From: the human T2T-CHM13v2.0 reference genome, Homo sapiens
Strand: one strand, 5' to 3'
Length of the DNA: 64,000 nt
NCBI RefSeq assembly: GCF_009914755.1
Contig: NC_060940.1
Shown: piece after piece, positions 46,808-59,700 of the stretch
Position numbering within the stretch: the stretch's first letter is position 1
Layout: the number at the start of each line of letters is the position of its first letter
Notes under the pieces: generated by a model
Seen by the model: only the letters and a program-made list of their open reading frames with translations
What the model was told of the DNA's origin: nothing
The model's database searches: none
Translations under genes and position numbers: made by a program

Positions 46808-48582
46808 TGGTTTTCCTTTCTTAAGGAGTGGGGGGATTTTTGTGTGAGGTGGTATGGAAGTGTGGGTGAATGGTTAAGCTGAAGAATTAAGTGCAGGTCA
46901 AAAACATGCTGCAGGGGAAGCAGAAATTAAGTGGGGTAGGGGAGAGGCGAAGAAGGACCTAGTTTTAAACCGTGAGGAGGATTGGTACTAGAAGATGAAA
47001 ATGAGGATTGGGGTGTAGAGAAATTGATTTTTTGAGCCATACAGTTTTTCATTTTTTCCTGGATTTCTGCTTGCCTTATCCAGGTTTAGCCTCTTCTGTC
47101 ACCTTCTGCTTTCAATATTGGGTCTGCTACTGGGCTTGGGTAGGGACCCATCCTTAGGCGCATGCGCTAGTATATTTTTCCAAACATTTGTATGATGCTT
47201 CTTCATTCTGGAATTTTCTAAATGCATCCTTCCCTTCTATCCAGTTCTTTTACATCTTTGATTACTCTCTCCGCTTTACGTATTCCTTAGGGTTTTTTCT
47301 TAGTAGTATTTTCTCATATATGCATGTTCTAGGAAACTATCTTGGAGAGGATGAGGGTGAGAAAGAGAGTATATGTAATAGGAGAAAGGAATAGAGTATG
47401 TGTAGCCAAGGAATCTAACCAGGAAAGCTGGGACTTGAGAATTTTTCAGAATCACGTTAGGGTTGGGACAAGTTGAAAGGCTAGAACCTGGGAGGAGGCA
47501 TGGGGTTAACACAGGAGAGAAGGAAGAGGCAGGGCTGAGAGAGAAAAACTAGGAAGTGCTATCCAGGGGATTGGTGGGGAAAGCCAACGGTTGGACATTA
47601 ATGAAAGTGGGGTGTAGAGAGGGTTTCTACATAGATTTAGGGCAAGGTATATGGAGAAGGTATGGGAACGGTTGGAACAGAGGAGGCTGGTTTGATGTGT
47701 TTAAATAGAGCAGAGTTGAAAACAGGTAATATTTGACAGCTGGCAAGACAGGGAGGAACTGCAAATTGTTGTAAATCCTATTGAGAGGAAGGAAATTGAA
47801 GGAATAAAATATCAGGATAGTTGATAGGATCTTTAAATATTTGGAATCAAGGAAATGGCCCTTACCTGGGAGGTGAAGTATATGACGATTATCCAAGGTT
47901 CATGTGTGTTTCTGATGTGCATGCTGGCCTTTAGTTGGGGTGTGAGGCTGCACATTCTGAACCAACTAGTCTGCTGTTCAGATACCTAGGGGCTGTGTAG
48001 TTTATTTCATATTCGTATAGGGTGGTCTGAAATCCTTAGGTAAGTTTTTGGGAGAGTCTTTGGACATGGACTAGAGGCCGTTGGGTGCCACAGATCTGTG
48101 TCTGGTGTTTGTTGTGACCAGGAGGCTTTGGTTGGTTACCAGAGGTTAGGAATTAGAGTAGTTGGTAAACACACCACTTGTGCATTTTGGGGCCAAAGGA
48201 GAACAAAAAGGGACAGTGTGGAGAGATTTTAGAGGAACAAGATCCTTGTTTGCCTAGGGTGGAAAAAGAAGAAAATTTAGGTGTAGGGAGGGATTATTTA
48301 GAATTCTGTGCAAGGGCATTGAGAGAAAGGCTGTAAGAACTGGGCTGTGATTTGGTAGAAAGGAAATTTGGAAGGGCAAAGAAGTGGTTTTCTTGGGAGA
48401 CCAGGAGGATGGTGGAGCATTATACAGCGAAGACTTAGTGTGAAGATCAATGTTGAATTAGGGATGAAGGAGAGCAGGGACTTGGGTGTGGGGCGGTAAG
48501 TGGTTAGTTTGGGGCCAGGGGCCTGACCCGTGTCTCCCCGCTCCCCCTCAGGAGCGGTGGTGCCCCCCCCGGGCACGGGGCC

Positions 48583-48824
48583 ATGTACAACGGGATCGGG
48601 CTGCCGACGCCCCGGGGCAGCGGCACCAACGGCTACGTCCAGCGCAACCTGTCCCTGGTGCGGGGCCGCCGGGGTGAGCGGCCTGACTACAAGGGAGAGG
48701 AGGAACTGCGGCGCCTGGAGGCTGCCCTGGTGAAGCGGCCTAATCCTGACATCCTGGACCACGAGCGCAAGCGGCGCGTCGAGCTGCGATGCCTCGAGCT
48801 GGAGGAGATGATGGAAGAGCAGGG
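48583..48824 (+). CDS. SRRM2: SRRM2 (SRm300) exon 2 coding part, Cwc21-like N-terminus
   Basis: Kozak GCCATG; MYNGIGLPTPRGSGTNGYVQRNLS...ILDHERKRRVEL; exon begins at 48552; donor GG|GTGAGG. Confidence 0.98.
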
Positions 48825-49689
48825 GTGAGGGAGAGCTGGGGGAGAGTCAAGCACTGAATGAGTGCAGAGCTGGGGGTGTTAGGTGGGATGTATAGGGAGC
48901 TTAGGGTGGTTGAAAGAGGCCTGGCAAAGAGTTGTGGTAGGGGAGGAGGCAGATGAGCTCTAGAGAAGTGAAAACAGTTAAGGGACAGTGCAGAGTGGGA
49001 AATGAGAAGGCTGTGTGTCTGGGGCATAGATGGGAGCCTGAGGTACTAAATGGAGGCACGTGGGAGAAGGGAGGGGCCATTGAGGAACAAAAATGTGTTT
49101 TAAGGAAGAGATGGGAAAGCAGAGACCAGGTAGAGGAGCTAGGTAAGCTGATAGGTGTTGTCATTGGTAGAAAAGAAGAAGATAAATGGATGTAAGGATT
49201 GAGGCCTTGGAAAGTAGCATAGGCAGGAAAAGAGGAATTAGAAGAATACGTGAAGAAGTGGGAATCATGGGCTGGGAAGGGAAATTTTGGAAAAGGAGCA
49301 CATTAAGGCAGAAAACTCTTTTAGAGCAGTGGTTTTAAACTTCAGCAATGGTGATCCTTTTATACAGTATCCCTTACTTTGGAATCCCAGGAAGTAAAAG
49401 GCACATTCTTGTTGAAGTTGGGGAGGAGCACTTGGAACCCTGCTTGCTTAACTTTTTTCTTTTGGTCCCTGAGGTGTAGTATATTTAAAATCCACTGTTC
49501 TAGAGGGAGTAGTAAGTAGAGGGAAGAAAGATGATGGGAAAAGATCAGACAGAAGGGACTTTTGGGTGAGCGAAAAGTTCTGTGTGCGCATGGAGAGGGA
49601 GGGGCCCCTTTTGGGAATGAGGGAAATGGAAACCTGGGACTGGGGAAAGTGTCCTGTCGAGCTTAACCCTGAAGGGATTTGTTCTTCAG

Positions 49690-49797
49690 GTACGAGGAAC
49701 AGCAAATTCAGGAAAAAGTGGCGACCTTTCGACTCATGTTGCTGGAGAAGGATGTGAACCCTGGGGGCAAGGAGGAGACCCCAGGGCAGAGGCCAGC
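49690..49797 (+). CDS. SRRM2: SRRM2 exon 3 (108 nt)
   Basis: TTCTTCAG|G TAC GAG GAA CAG...CCA GC|GTGAGT; YEEQQIQEKVATFRLMLLEK. Confidence 0.96.
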
Positions 49798-49998
49798 GTG
49801 AGTGTTGCGCTCTCCCTCGATGACTCTGGACTCTACTCTGGCTGCTGGCTGCTGCTGCTGTCCTTTTCCTTACGTGGGACTTCCTCCCTGCTTTCGTCTG
49901 CCTTTCCCATGCCTTATTTGGCTCCTGCTTATACTTGTGTTCTGAATATGGCTCTGTCCTTTATATTTCCTTCAGACTTTTGCCCTTCTTTTCTCTAG

Positions 49999-50163
49999 GG
50001 TCACGGAGACTCACCAGTTGGCAGAATTAAATGAGAAGAAGAATGAAAGACTCCGTGCTGCCTTTGGCATCAGTGATTCTTACGTAGATGGCAGCTCTTT
50101 TGATCCTCAGCGTCGTGCCCGAGAAGCTAAACAACCAGCTCCTGAGCCTCCCAAACCTTACAG
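49999..50163 (+). CDS. SRRM2: SRRM2 exon 4 (165 nt)
   Basis: CTCTAG|G GTC ACG GAG...TAC AG|GTATAC; THQLAELNEKKNERLRAAFGI. Confidence 0.96.
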
Positions 50164-50309
50164 GTATACAAGGCCAAGAAACCACTGTCAGCTTCTTTTC
50201 TTGATTGTAAGCTCCATGCTCTATTTTTGTCTTTTTGCGGGCTGGTTTCTTCCCAAACTCTTCAGATTTTGTTCTTCTGAAGTTGAGGTGTCCAAAAAAA
50301 TTTGTCCAA

Positions 50310-50640
50310 GGGTTAGTCACAGTGGGTCACGCGCGTAATCCCAGCATTTTGGGAAGCTCAGGCAGGAGATCACTTGAGGCCAGGAGTTTGAGACCAGCCT
50401 GGGCGATGTAGTGAGACCCCATCTCTACAAAAAGAAAAAAAGCTGGTTGGTGGCACATGCCTGTAGTCCAGGCTGCTTGGAGAGGTGGAGGCAGGAGGGT
50501 CTTTTGAGCCCACAAGTTGGAGGTTACGGTGTGAGCTGTGTTGCTGCCACTGCACCCCACCTGAGGCAACAGAGCGAGATTCTTATTTTTTTATTTTTAT
50601 TACTATTTTTTTAGACTCTGTCTTTTAAAGAAAAGAAAGG
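50310..50640 (+). mobile_element. Diverged Alu in SRRM2 intron 4
   Basis: TAATCCCAGCATTTTGGGAAGCT...GACCAGCCTGGGC...CCACTGCAC. Confidence 0.8.
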
Positions 50641-50687
50641 AATGTTTGTTCTACCACCCATCTCTGCTGCTTTTCATTTTTCCCTAG

Positions 50688-50765
50688 CCTTGTTCGGGAG
50701 TCTAGCAGTTCTCGCTCACCAACCCCAAAGCAGAAGAAGAAGAAAAAGAAGAAAGATAGAGGACG
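50688..50765 (+). CDS. SRRM2: SRRM2 exon 5 (78 nt)
   Basis: TCCCTAG|C CTT GTT CGG...GGA CG|GTAAGT. Confidence 0.95.
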
Positions 50766-51202
50766 GTAAGTTAGTTGGAAAGTGACTCTGATAGCCAGAG
50801 GACCAATCCTGTGGTGTACCTTTCTCTCTGGAAGTGGACAGTTCTGGCTTCCACAAAGCAGGAGATAGTTGTCAGGGAGGAGGGAGTTACCATTGAGGCC
50901 TCAACTAGAAGAAATACCTGAGTTTCTCAGTGGGGAAGTGTTGAGTTTGCAGTTCTGCTAATTAAGATTGGCCAGCAGCATTTTGGATTCTGGAATTTTC
51001 TTTTTCATTTTGAGGTTTGTTGACTTAAGGAGTTACTTGTGCTTGTTGGAGAAAGAAGAAATAAGTCCTGGGCTTAGGTCTGGGGCATTAGTGCTATTAG
51101 GACATTCAAGTGTTTTAGAAACCTTTTTAGGAGAGAGATTGTAAGTGGGAGGGCCAGGAAAGAAGCCAAGCAGGATGAGCTTGCTTTTGAATCCATCTTT
51201 AG

Positions 51203-51265
51203 CAGGTCAGAGAGCAGCTCTCCTCGACGGGAGAGAAAGAAAAGCTCAAAGAAGAAGAAGCACAG
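51203..51265 (+). CDS. SRRM2: SRRM2 exon 6 (63 nt; NAGNAG acceptor)
   Basis: TTTAG|CAG|G tandem acceptor; RSESSSPRRERKKSSKKKKH; donor AG|GTATGA. Confidence 0.93.
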
Positions 51266-51357
51266 GTATGAGGTGGGAATACTTGAATGACTGGAGAAGG
51301 TTTGCTGAATTCAGGCAGAGGTGTTTCTTATGTTTTTTCTTCTCTTTTTTCCAACAG

Positions 51358-51390
51358 GTCAGAATCTGAGTCCAAGAAACGTAAGCATAG
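51358..51390 (+). CDS. SRRM2: SRRM2 exon 7 (33 nt)
   Basis: Long pyrimidine tract, AACAG|G TCA GAA...CAT AG|GTAAGA. Confidence 0.93.
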
Positions 51391-51569
51391 GTAAGAGCTC
51401 TTTAACTCATAGGGGGCGCAGTGGCATGTGGAGTGGTGATTTTTTTTTCTTGGAGTGAAGCTCAATTCCTTGATCTTCCTTGTGTCAACACTCCCTCTTT
51501 CCATTTCACTTTTGGTTTTATTTCCTTTTTTAAAGAAGTTACTTTTAACAACCTTTCCTTATTTCCCAG

Positions 51570-51620
51570 GTCTCCCACTCCAAAGAGCAAACGTAAATCT
51601 AAGGACAAAAAGCGAAAGCG
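51570..51620 (+). CDS. SRRM2: SRRM2 exon 8 (51 nt)
   Basis: TTCCCAG|G TCT CCC...AAG CG|GTGAGT. Confidence 0.95.
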
Positions 51621-51786
51621 GTGAGTGAATTTGTGGGGAATTTGCTTAGGAAGTAAGTGAACACCACCTTAGTGGGAGGGAGTTGAATGAGTTATGTCCC
51701 TGACTGGTAAAGGGTTGAGGGATACGTGAGGAGAATCCAGGGCAGGTACAGCAGTACCCTGAGCTGTGGTGGTGGTCTTCCTTCAG

Positions 51787-51879
51787 GTCTCGAAGTACAA
51801 CACCAGCCCCCAAGAGCCGCCGGGCCCACCGTTCAACTTCTGCTGACTCTGCTTCCTCCTCCGATACTTCCCGCAGTCG
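51787..51879 (+). CDS. SRRM2: SRRM2 exon 9 (93 nt)
   Basis: CCTTCAG|G TCT CGA AGT...AGT CG|GTAAGG. Confidence 0.95.
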
Positions 51880-52518
51880 GTAAGGGGTAGTCCAGGAGGA
51901 AGGGAGGGAGAGGGAATGATGGGTTAATTAATTTAATATTTATTGAGCGCCCACGGTGTGCTAGGCGCTGCACAGACCATTCGGAAGACACGGTCCCTGC
52001 CCTCTAGGAGCTGACAGGCTAAAGCAACAGGATGGACAGACATATACATTTCCCCTTCTCTTTTTTTTTTTGTTTTTGTTTATTTGTTATTTTTGTTTCG
52101 TTCTGATGTATATGGACTGCCAGAATAGGGGGGGTGGTGGTTTGTTCGTGGTGTCTGGGGGAGGAAGGAATCCTTACCCTGGCTTCCTTAATCGGGGAAG
52201 GCTTCCTGAAGGAGGTGGGCTCAGAGGTGAGTTGTGAATGAAGCGGGTAGGGAGTGGGCTGGGTGGATGGTTTGGGGATGTTTGGGGGAGGTGAGTAAAG
52301 GGGTAGAGGGAGAACGCTCTTTGGGATTGTGTTGGGAAAAGAAGAACCAAAGTGGACTGTACTTGCATTTCAGTGAATGATTTGAGTTGTGCGACTAAAG
52401 GCTTTTTGGAAGAGGGTTGTCCAGTTAGGAAAGGTGGATGGGAGTTGGGGAGGGGGTTTTCTGTTCTCCCTTTGAGCTGATTTCCTTCCTCTCCCACGTC
52501 CTCAATTAACTCCTGCAG

Positions 52519-52717
52519 GTCTCGAAGTGCTGCAGCTAAAACTCATACAACTGCCTTGGCTGGGCGAAGTCCTTCCCCTGCTTCAGGGCGACGCGGGGAG
52601 GGAGATGCGCCTTTCAGTGAACCAGGTACTACCAGCACACAACGGCCTAGTAGCCCGGAGACTGCTACGAAACAGCCTAGCAGCCCTTATGAAGACAAAG
52701 ATAAAGACAAGAAGGAG
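52519..52717 (+). CDS. SRRM2: SRRM2 exon 10 (199 nt)
   Basis: TCCTGCAG|G TCT CGA AGT GCT...AAG GAG|GTATGT; ends in phase 0 at c.1032. Confidence 0.95.
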
Positions 52718-53778
52718 GTATGTTCCTGAGTTGGTGATGTTCATTGGATTGCAAATGTATAGATTTAGGATAGACATGTGATGTGAAAGGGAGAGGTAAT
52801 AACTTATTAAAATAAATAAATTCAGTTTTTTTTCCTGCAGTTCTCTCCTAGTTCTCTTACTGCATCTGCAGAACTTTTAGTGTTGTTACTAGACTGAATT
52901 GTGAACCCTTTAGAATCAAATCTCACTGGATGTTAGGTTTTATATTGTGTCTTGTTTATACATAGATAGAACTGGAACAAACGTTGTATCTTATCTGTGT
53001 ACTCCGTATGATGCCTCTAGTTTCTTCTCTTTTTTCATTAAATGCTGGTCATGTCTCACCAAAACTTTTTAATCCATTGGGTTGCCACCAATAGTTTGAA
53101 TGAAACACTGAAATAGTCTTCAGTAGTCTTCTGTTCCAATTTTAAGCATTAATCATTTCCTCTTGCTTTAGTGATTACAGTCTGAATTCTTGGCCTCTAT
53201 CATCAATTTTCCATGTCATCCAGGGTTACCTTTCCAAATTACAAGTTGGTTGACCTCAGAAACTTAACTACTTCCTTATTGCTTTTGAATTATATTTAAG
53301 GCTTTTAATAGTCTGGTCTTTTTCTCATTTCCTGTACTCTACCCATCCTGGGCTGCTTTTTTACTCTTCACACAAATCATGTTCTCACATCTTTCTTCAT
53401 GCTGTTTCTTTTCGTTTAATAGAGTTATTCTTCAAAGGTGAAGTTGCCATTCGCTTTAGGAAACTGCTTATTTTTCCATTTAAAGATAGTTTTTTTCCAT
53501 TCTTATAACATTTTGTAGTGGTATTTGTTAAATGTAGTAGTGCATTAGTTATTTGCATTTTGTGTTTCTTTTAGTTTTAAGATTCTGGCTATCCATATAT
53601 TCATATGTTTTCACCACTGTGCTTTATATGATTCCTTGTTATTGAATGAAAGTGATCGCTTGTGGTCAGAGGGTGTGTAAAAGAAAAGTTATCATTGGAA
53701 AGGGTGTTGGGATCTTAGGGGTGATGTGAAGTTTTGGCGTTTATGAATCCCTATCCCTGCTCTCTCTTCCACTCTTAG

Positions 53779-56700
53779 AAATCTGCAACTCGACCTAGCC
53801 CCTCTCCGGAAAGGAGCAGCACAGGCCCAGAACCACCTGCTCCCACTCCGCTCCTTGCTGAGCGACATGGCGGCTCCCCACAACCCCTTGCAACCACCCC
53901 CTTAAGCCAGGAGCCAGTGAACCCCCCATCTGAGGCCTCTCCAACTCGGGACCGTTCACCACCTAAGTCTCCCGAGAAACTTCCCCAGTCTTCTTCCTCA
54001 GAGAGCAGCCCACCATCCCCTCAACCTACCAAAGTTTCTCGGCATGCCAGCTCTTCCCCAGAAAGTCCTAAACCTGCTCCAGCTCCAGGGTCCCACCGAG
54101 AGATTTCTTCTTCTCCCACATCTAAGAATCGCTCACATGGCCGAGCAAAACGGGATAAATCACATTCTCATACCCCCTCCCGTAGGATGGGGAGGTCCCG
54201 TAGCCCTGCCACCGCTAAGAGAGGGCGATCTCGGTCTCGAACCCCTACCAAGAGAGGTCATTCTCGATCCCGATCTCCCCAGTGGCGTAGGTCCAGGTCT
54301 GCACAGAGGTGGGGAAGATCTAGAAGCCCCCAGCGACGTGGCCGCTCTAGGTCTCCTCAGCGACCAGGCTGGTCTAGGAGCAGAAATACCCAGAGAAGAG
54401 GCAGGTCTAGGTCAGCAAGGCGAGGGAGGTCCCACTCTAGATCCCCAGCCACTAGGGGTAGATCTCGTTCTAGAACACCAGCCCGCCGGGGCAGGTCCCG
54501 CTCTAGAACACCTGCCAGGCGGAGATCACGATCCAGAACTCCCACCAGGCGTAGGTCTCGGTCTAGAACACCAGCCCGGAGGGGCAGGTCTCGGTCTAGA
54601 ACACCTGCTAGGCGCAGATCTAGGACCCGATCACCAGTACGACGCAGGTCTCGTAGTAGATCACCAGCCAGGAGAAGTGGCAGGTCACGCTCTAGAACCC
54701 CAGCTAGACGTGGCCGCTCACGCTCCAGAACCCCAGCCAGACGTGGCCGCTCACGCTCTAGAACCCCAGCTAGACGCAGTGGTCGCTCACGCTCCAGAAC
54801 ACCAGCCAGGAGAGGGAGGTCTCGGTCTAGGACACCAAGACGAGGAAGATCCCGCAGTAGAAGCTTAGTTAGACGTGGAAGATCTCACTCTAGAACACCT
54901 CAAAGAAGAGGCAGATCTGGCTCATCTTCAGAGCGGAAAAACAAATCCAGAACATCTCAAAGAAGAAGCAGGTCCAATTCAAGCCCAGAAATGAAGAAAT
55001 CTCGCATTTCTTCAAGGCGGAGCAGGTCTCTCTCTTCACCACGGTCCAAAGCAAAATCTCGCTTGTCTTTGAGGCGCAGCCTTTCAGGGTCTTCCCCATG
55101 CCCTAAGCAAAAGTCACAGACACCACCCAGGCGCAGTCGCTCTGGATCCTCCCAAACTAAAGCTAAATCTAGAACGCCACCCAGACGCAGTCGCTCCAGT
55201 TCTTCTCCGCCACCTAAACAGAAATCTAAGACACCATCAAGACAAAGTCATTCCAGTTCATCTCCTCATCCTAAAGTGAAATCTGGAACACCACCGAGGC
55301 AAGGGTCCATAACAAGTCCCCAGGCCAATGAGCAATCTGTAACGCCACAGAGACGGAGCTGTTTTGAATCATCACCTGACCCTGAGTTGAAATCTAGGAC
55401 CCCTTCTAGACATAGCTGCTCAGGGTCCTCTCCTCCTAGAGTGAAATCTAGCACACCTCCCAGACAGAGCCCATCTAGGTCATCATCTCCACAACCCAAA
55501 GTGAAGGCAATAATATCACCAAGACAAAGAAGCCATTCTGGCTCCTCTTCTCCAAGTCCTAGTAGGGTGACGTCGAGAACAACTCCACGGCGAAGCAGAT
55601 CAGTATCTCCCTGCTCCAATGTGGAATCCAGATTGTTGCCAAGATACAGTCATTCTGGGTCCTCCTCACCAGATACCAAAGTGAAACCTGAAACACCGCC
55701 AAGACAAAGTCACTCAGGGTCTATTTCACCATACCCCAAAGTAAAGGCCCAAACTCCACCGGGGCCAAGTCTTTCTGGATCAAAGTCACCATGTCCCCAA
55801 GAGAAGTCTAAAGACTCACTAGTTCAAAGTTGCCCTGGATCCCTCTCTCTCTGTGCAGGAGTAAAATCTAGCACACCACCAGGCGAGAGCTATTTTGGTG
55901 TCTCATCTCTGCAACTGAAAGGACAATCTCAAACTTCACCAGACCACAGATCTGATACTTCAAGTCCAGAAGTGAGACAGAGTCATTCAGAATCACCATC
56001 TCTGCAGAGCAAATCTCAAACATCACCTAAGGGAGGTCGGTCCAGGTCTTCATCTCCAGTCACTGAGCTGGCATCCAGATCTCCAATAAGACAAGATAGA
56101 GGTGAGTTCTCAGCGAGTCCTATGTTGAAATCTGGAATGTCTCCTGAGCAGAGCAGGTTCCAGTCTGACTCTTCTTCATATCCTACAGTGGACTCGAATT
56201 CTCTCTTGGGGCAGAGTAGATTGGAGACTGCTGAATCAAAAGAGAAAATGGCCTTACCCCCTCAGGAGGATGCTACTGCATCACCTCCTAGACAGAAAGA
56301 CAAATTTAGTCCCTTTCCAGTACAGGATAGGCCTGAGTCTTCACTGGTATTCAAAGACACACTTAGAACCCCGCCAAGAGAAAGAAGTGGTGCTGGGTCA
56401 TCTCCAGAAACAAAAGAGCAAAATAGTGCATTGCCTACGTCAAGCCAAGATGAAGAGTTAATGGAGGTGGTAGAGAAGTCTGAAGAACCCGCAGGCCAAA
56501 TCCTGTCTCATTTGTCTTCAGAACTTAAAGAAATGTCCACAAGTAACTTTGAATCATCTCCTGAAGTAGAAGAAAGGCCTGCTGTGTCTTTGACTCTTGA
56601 TCAGAGCCAGTCACAGGCTTCTTTGGAAGCAGTAGAAGTCCCTTCAATGGCCTCATCTTGGGGTGGGCCACATTTTTCTCCAGAACATAAAGAACTGTCT

Positions 56701-59700
56701 AACTCCCCACTCAGGGAGAACAGCTTTGGATCACCTTTAGAATTTAGAAACTCAGGCCCACTTGGTACAGAAATGAATACTGGATTTTCTTCTGAGGTTA
56801 AAGAAGATTTGAATGGACCGTTTCTTAATCAGCTGGAAACAGATCCATCTCTAGACATGAAAGAACAATCGACAAGATCCTCTGGACACAGCAGTTCTGA
56901 GTTATCCCCAGATGCAGTGGAAAAGGCAGGGATGTCTTCAAATCAGAGCATCTCTTCACCTGTGCTTGATGCTGTACCCAGAACACCCTCGAGAGAAAGA
57001 AGTAGTTCTGCATCTTCTCCTGAAATGAAAGATGGTTTACCCAGAACTCCATCAAGGAGAAGCAGGTCTGGGTCTTCTCCAGGACTTAGAGATGGGTCTG
57101 GGACTCCCTCGAGGCACAGCCTGTCTGGGTCCTCTCCTGGAATGAAAGATATACCTAGAACGCCATCTAGAGGGAGAAGCGAATGTGATTCTTCCCCAGA
57201 ACCGAAAGCTTTGCCTCAGACTCCTAGGCCGAGGAGTCGTTCTCCATCATCCCCAGAGCTCAACAACAAGTGTCTTACCCCCCAGAGAGAAAGAAGCGGG
57301 TCAGAATCATCAGTTGATCAGAAAACTGTGGCTCGGACTCCCCTGGGGCAGAGAAGTCGTTCGGGATCCTCTCAAGAACTTGATGTGAAACCCAGTGCAT
57401 CCCCTCAGGAAAGAAGTGAGTCAGACTCTTCTCCAGATTCTAAAGCCAAGACACGAACCCCACTTCGGCAGAGGAGTCGGTCTGGATCATCTCCAGAGGT
57501 TGACAGCAAATCTCGACTATCCCCTCGGCGCAGTAGGTCTGGTTCCTCCCCTGAAGTGAAAGATAAGCCAAGAGCAGCACCCAGGGCACAGAGTGGTTCT
57601 GATTCCTCTCCTGAACCTAAAGCTCCAGCCCCTCGGGCCCTTCCCAGACGAAGCAGATCAGGTTCATCAAGCAAAGGCAGAGGCCCTTCTCCTGAAGGAA
57701 GCAGCAGTACCGAGTCCTCTCCTGAACATCCGCCCAAATCCAGAACTGCTCGCAGAGGTTCCAGGTCATCACCAGAGCCCAAGACCAAGTCTCGTACACC
57801 ACCTCGACGTCGCAGCTCTCGATCATCTCCGGAGCTAACAAGGAAGGCCAGACTGTCCCGTAGAAGCCGCTCTGCCTCATCCTCACCAGAAACTCGCTCT
57901 AGAACTCCCCCAAGGCACCGGAGAAGTCCCTCAGTGTCTTCCCCGGAGCCAGCCGAAAAATCGAGGTCTTCACGCCGACGGCGCTCAGCTTCATCTCCAC
58001 GCACTAAGACAACCTCAAGGAGAGGCCGCTCTCCTTCGCCAAAGCCTCGTGGACTCCAGAGGTCCCGTTCCCGCTCAAGGAGAGAGAAAACAAGAACAAC
58101 CCGACGTCGAGATAGGTCTGGATCTTCTCAGTCAACCTCTCGGCGAAGACAGCGGAGCCGGTCAAGGTCGCGGGTTACTCGGCGGCGGAGGGGAGGCTCT
58201 GGTTATCACTCAAGGTCACCTGCCCGGCAGGAAAGTTCCCGGACCTCCTCTCGACGCCGAAGAGGCCGCTCTCGGACACCCCCAACCAGTCGGAAGCGTT
58301 CTCGCTCACGCACATCACCAGCCCCGTGGAAACGCTCTAGATCTCGAGCCTCTCCAGCCACTCACCGGCGATCCAGGTCCAGAACCCCCCTGATAAGCCG
58401 ACGTAGGTCCAGATCTCGAACTTCACCAGTCAGCCGGAGACGGTCAAGGTCCAGGACTTCAGTGACTCGACGAAGATCCCGGTCAAGAGCATCCCCAGTG
58501 AGCAGAAGGCGATCCAGATCCAGAACGCCACCAGTAACCCGCCGTCGTTCAAGGTCTAGAACGCCAACAACACGCCGCCGCTCCCGTTCTAGAACTCCAC
58601 CAGTGACTCGCAGAAGGTCCAGATCCAGGACTCCACCAGTAACCAGGAGGCGATCTCGAAGCAGAACTTCGCCTATCACTCGCAGAAGATCAAGATCCAG
58701 AACATCTCCGGTCACCCGAAGGAGATCTCGATCTCGCACATCTCCAGTAACTCGAAGAAGGTCCCGCTCTCGAACCTCACCAGTGACACGCCGCCGCTCT
58801 AGGTCCCGGACACCTCCAGCTATTCGGCGCCGCTCTAGATCTCGAACGCCACTGTTACCACGCAAACGTTCTCGAAGTCGCTCACCACTTGCTATCCGCC
58901 GCCGCTCCAGATCCCGTACTCCACGAACAGCTCGGGGTAAACGGTCCTTAACAAGATCTCCTCCAGCCATCCGCAGGCGTTCTGCATCTGGAAGTAGTTC
59001 TGATCGTTCACGATCTGCTACTCCTCCAGCAACAAGAAATCATTCTGGTTCACGGACACCTCCAGTAGCACTCAACAGTTCCAGAATGAGCTGCTTCAGT
59101 CGTCCTAGCATGTCCCCAACACCTCTTGATCGCTGCAGATCACCTGGAATGCTTGAACCCCTTGGCAGCTCTAGAACACCCATGTCTGTCCTGCAGCAAG
59201 CCGGCGGCTCCATGATGGATGGTCCAGGTCCCCGAATACCTGACCACCAGAGAACATCTGTGCCAGAAAATCATGCTCAGTCCAGGATTGCACTTGCCCT
59301 GACAGCTATCAGTCTTGGCACCGCTCGGCCTCCTCCGTCCATGTCTGCTGCTGGCCTTGCTGCAAGAATGTCCCAGGTTCCAGCCCCGGTGCCTCTCATG
59401 AGTCTCAGAACCGCACCAGCAGCCAACCTTGCCAGCAGGATTCCTGCAGCCTCTGCGGCAGCCATGAACCTAGCCAGCGCCAGGACACCTGCCATTCCAA
59501 CAGCAGTGAACCTGGCTGACTCTCGAACGCCAGCTGCAGCAGCGGCCATGAACTTGGCCAGCCCCAGAACAGCGGTGGCACCTTCGGCTGTGAACCTGGC
59601 TGACCCTCGCACTCCCACAGCCCCAGCTGTGAACCTAGCAGGGGCCAGAACCCCAGCTGCCTTGGCAGCTCTGAGTCTCACAGGCTCTGGCACACCACCA

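Noticed and set aside
57405-59693. Long antisense ORFs inside SRRM2 exon 11
   Set aside because: Shadows of RS/SP repeat codon usage (DLDRLR/ERERRR patterns).
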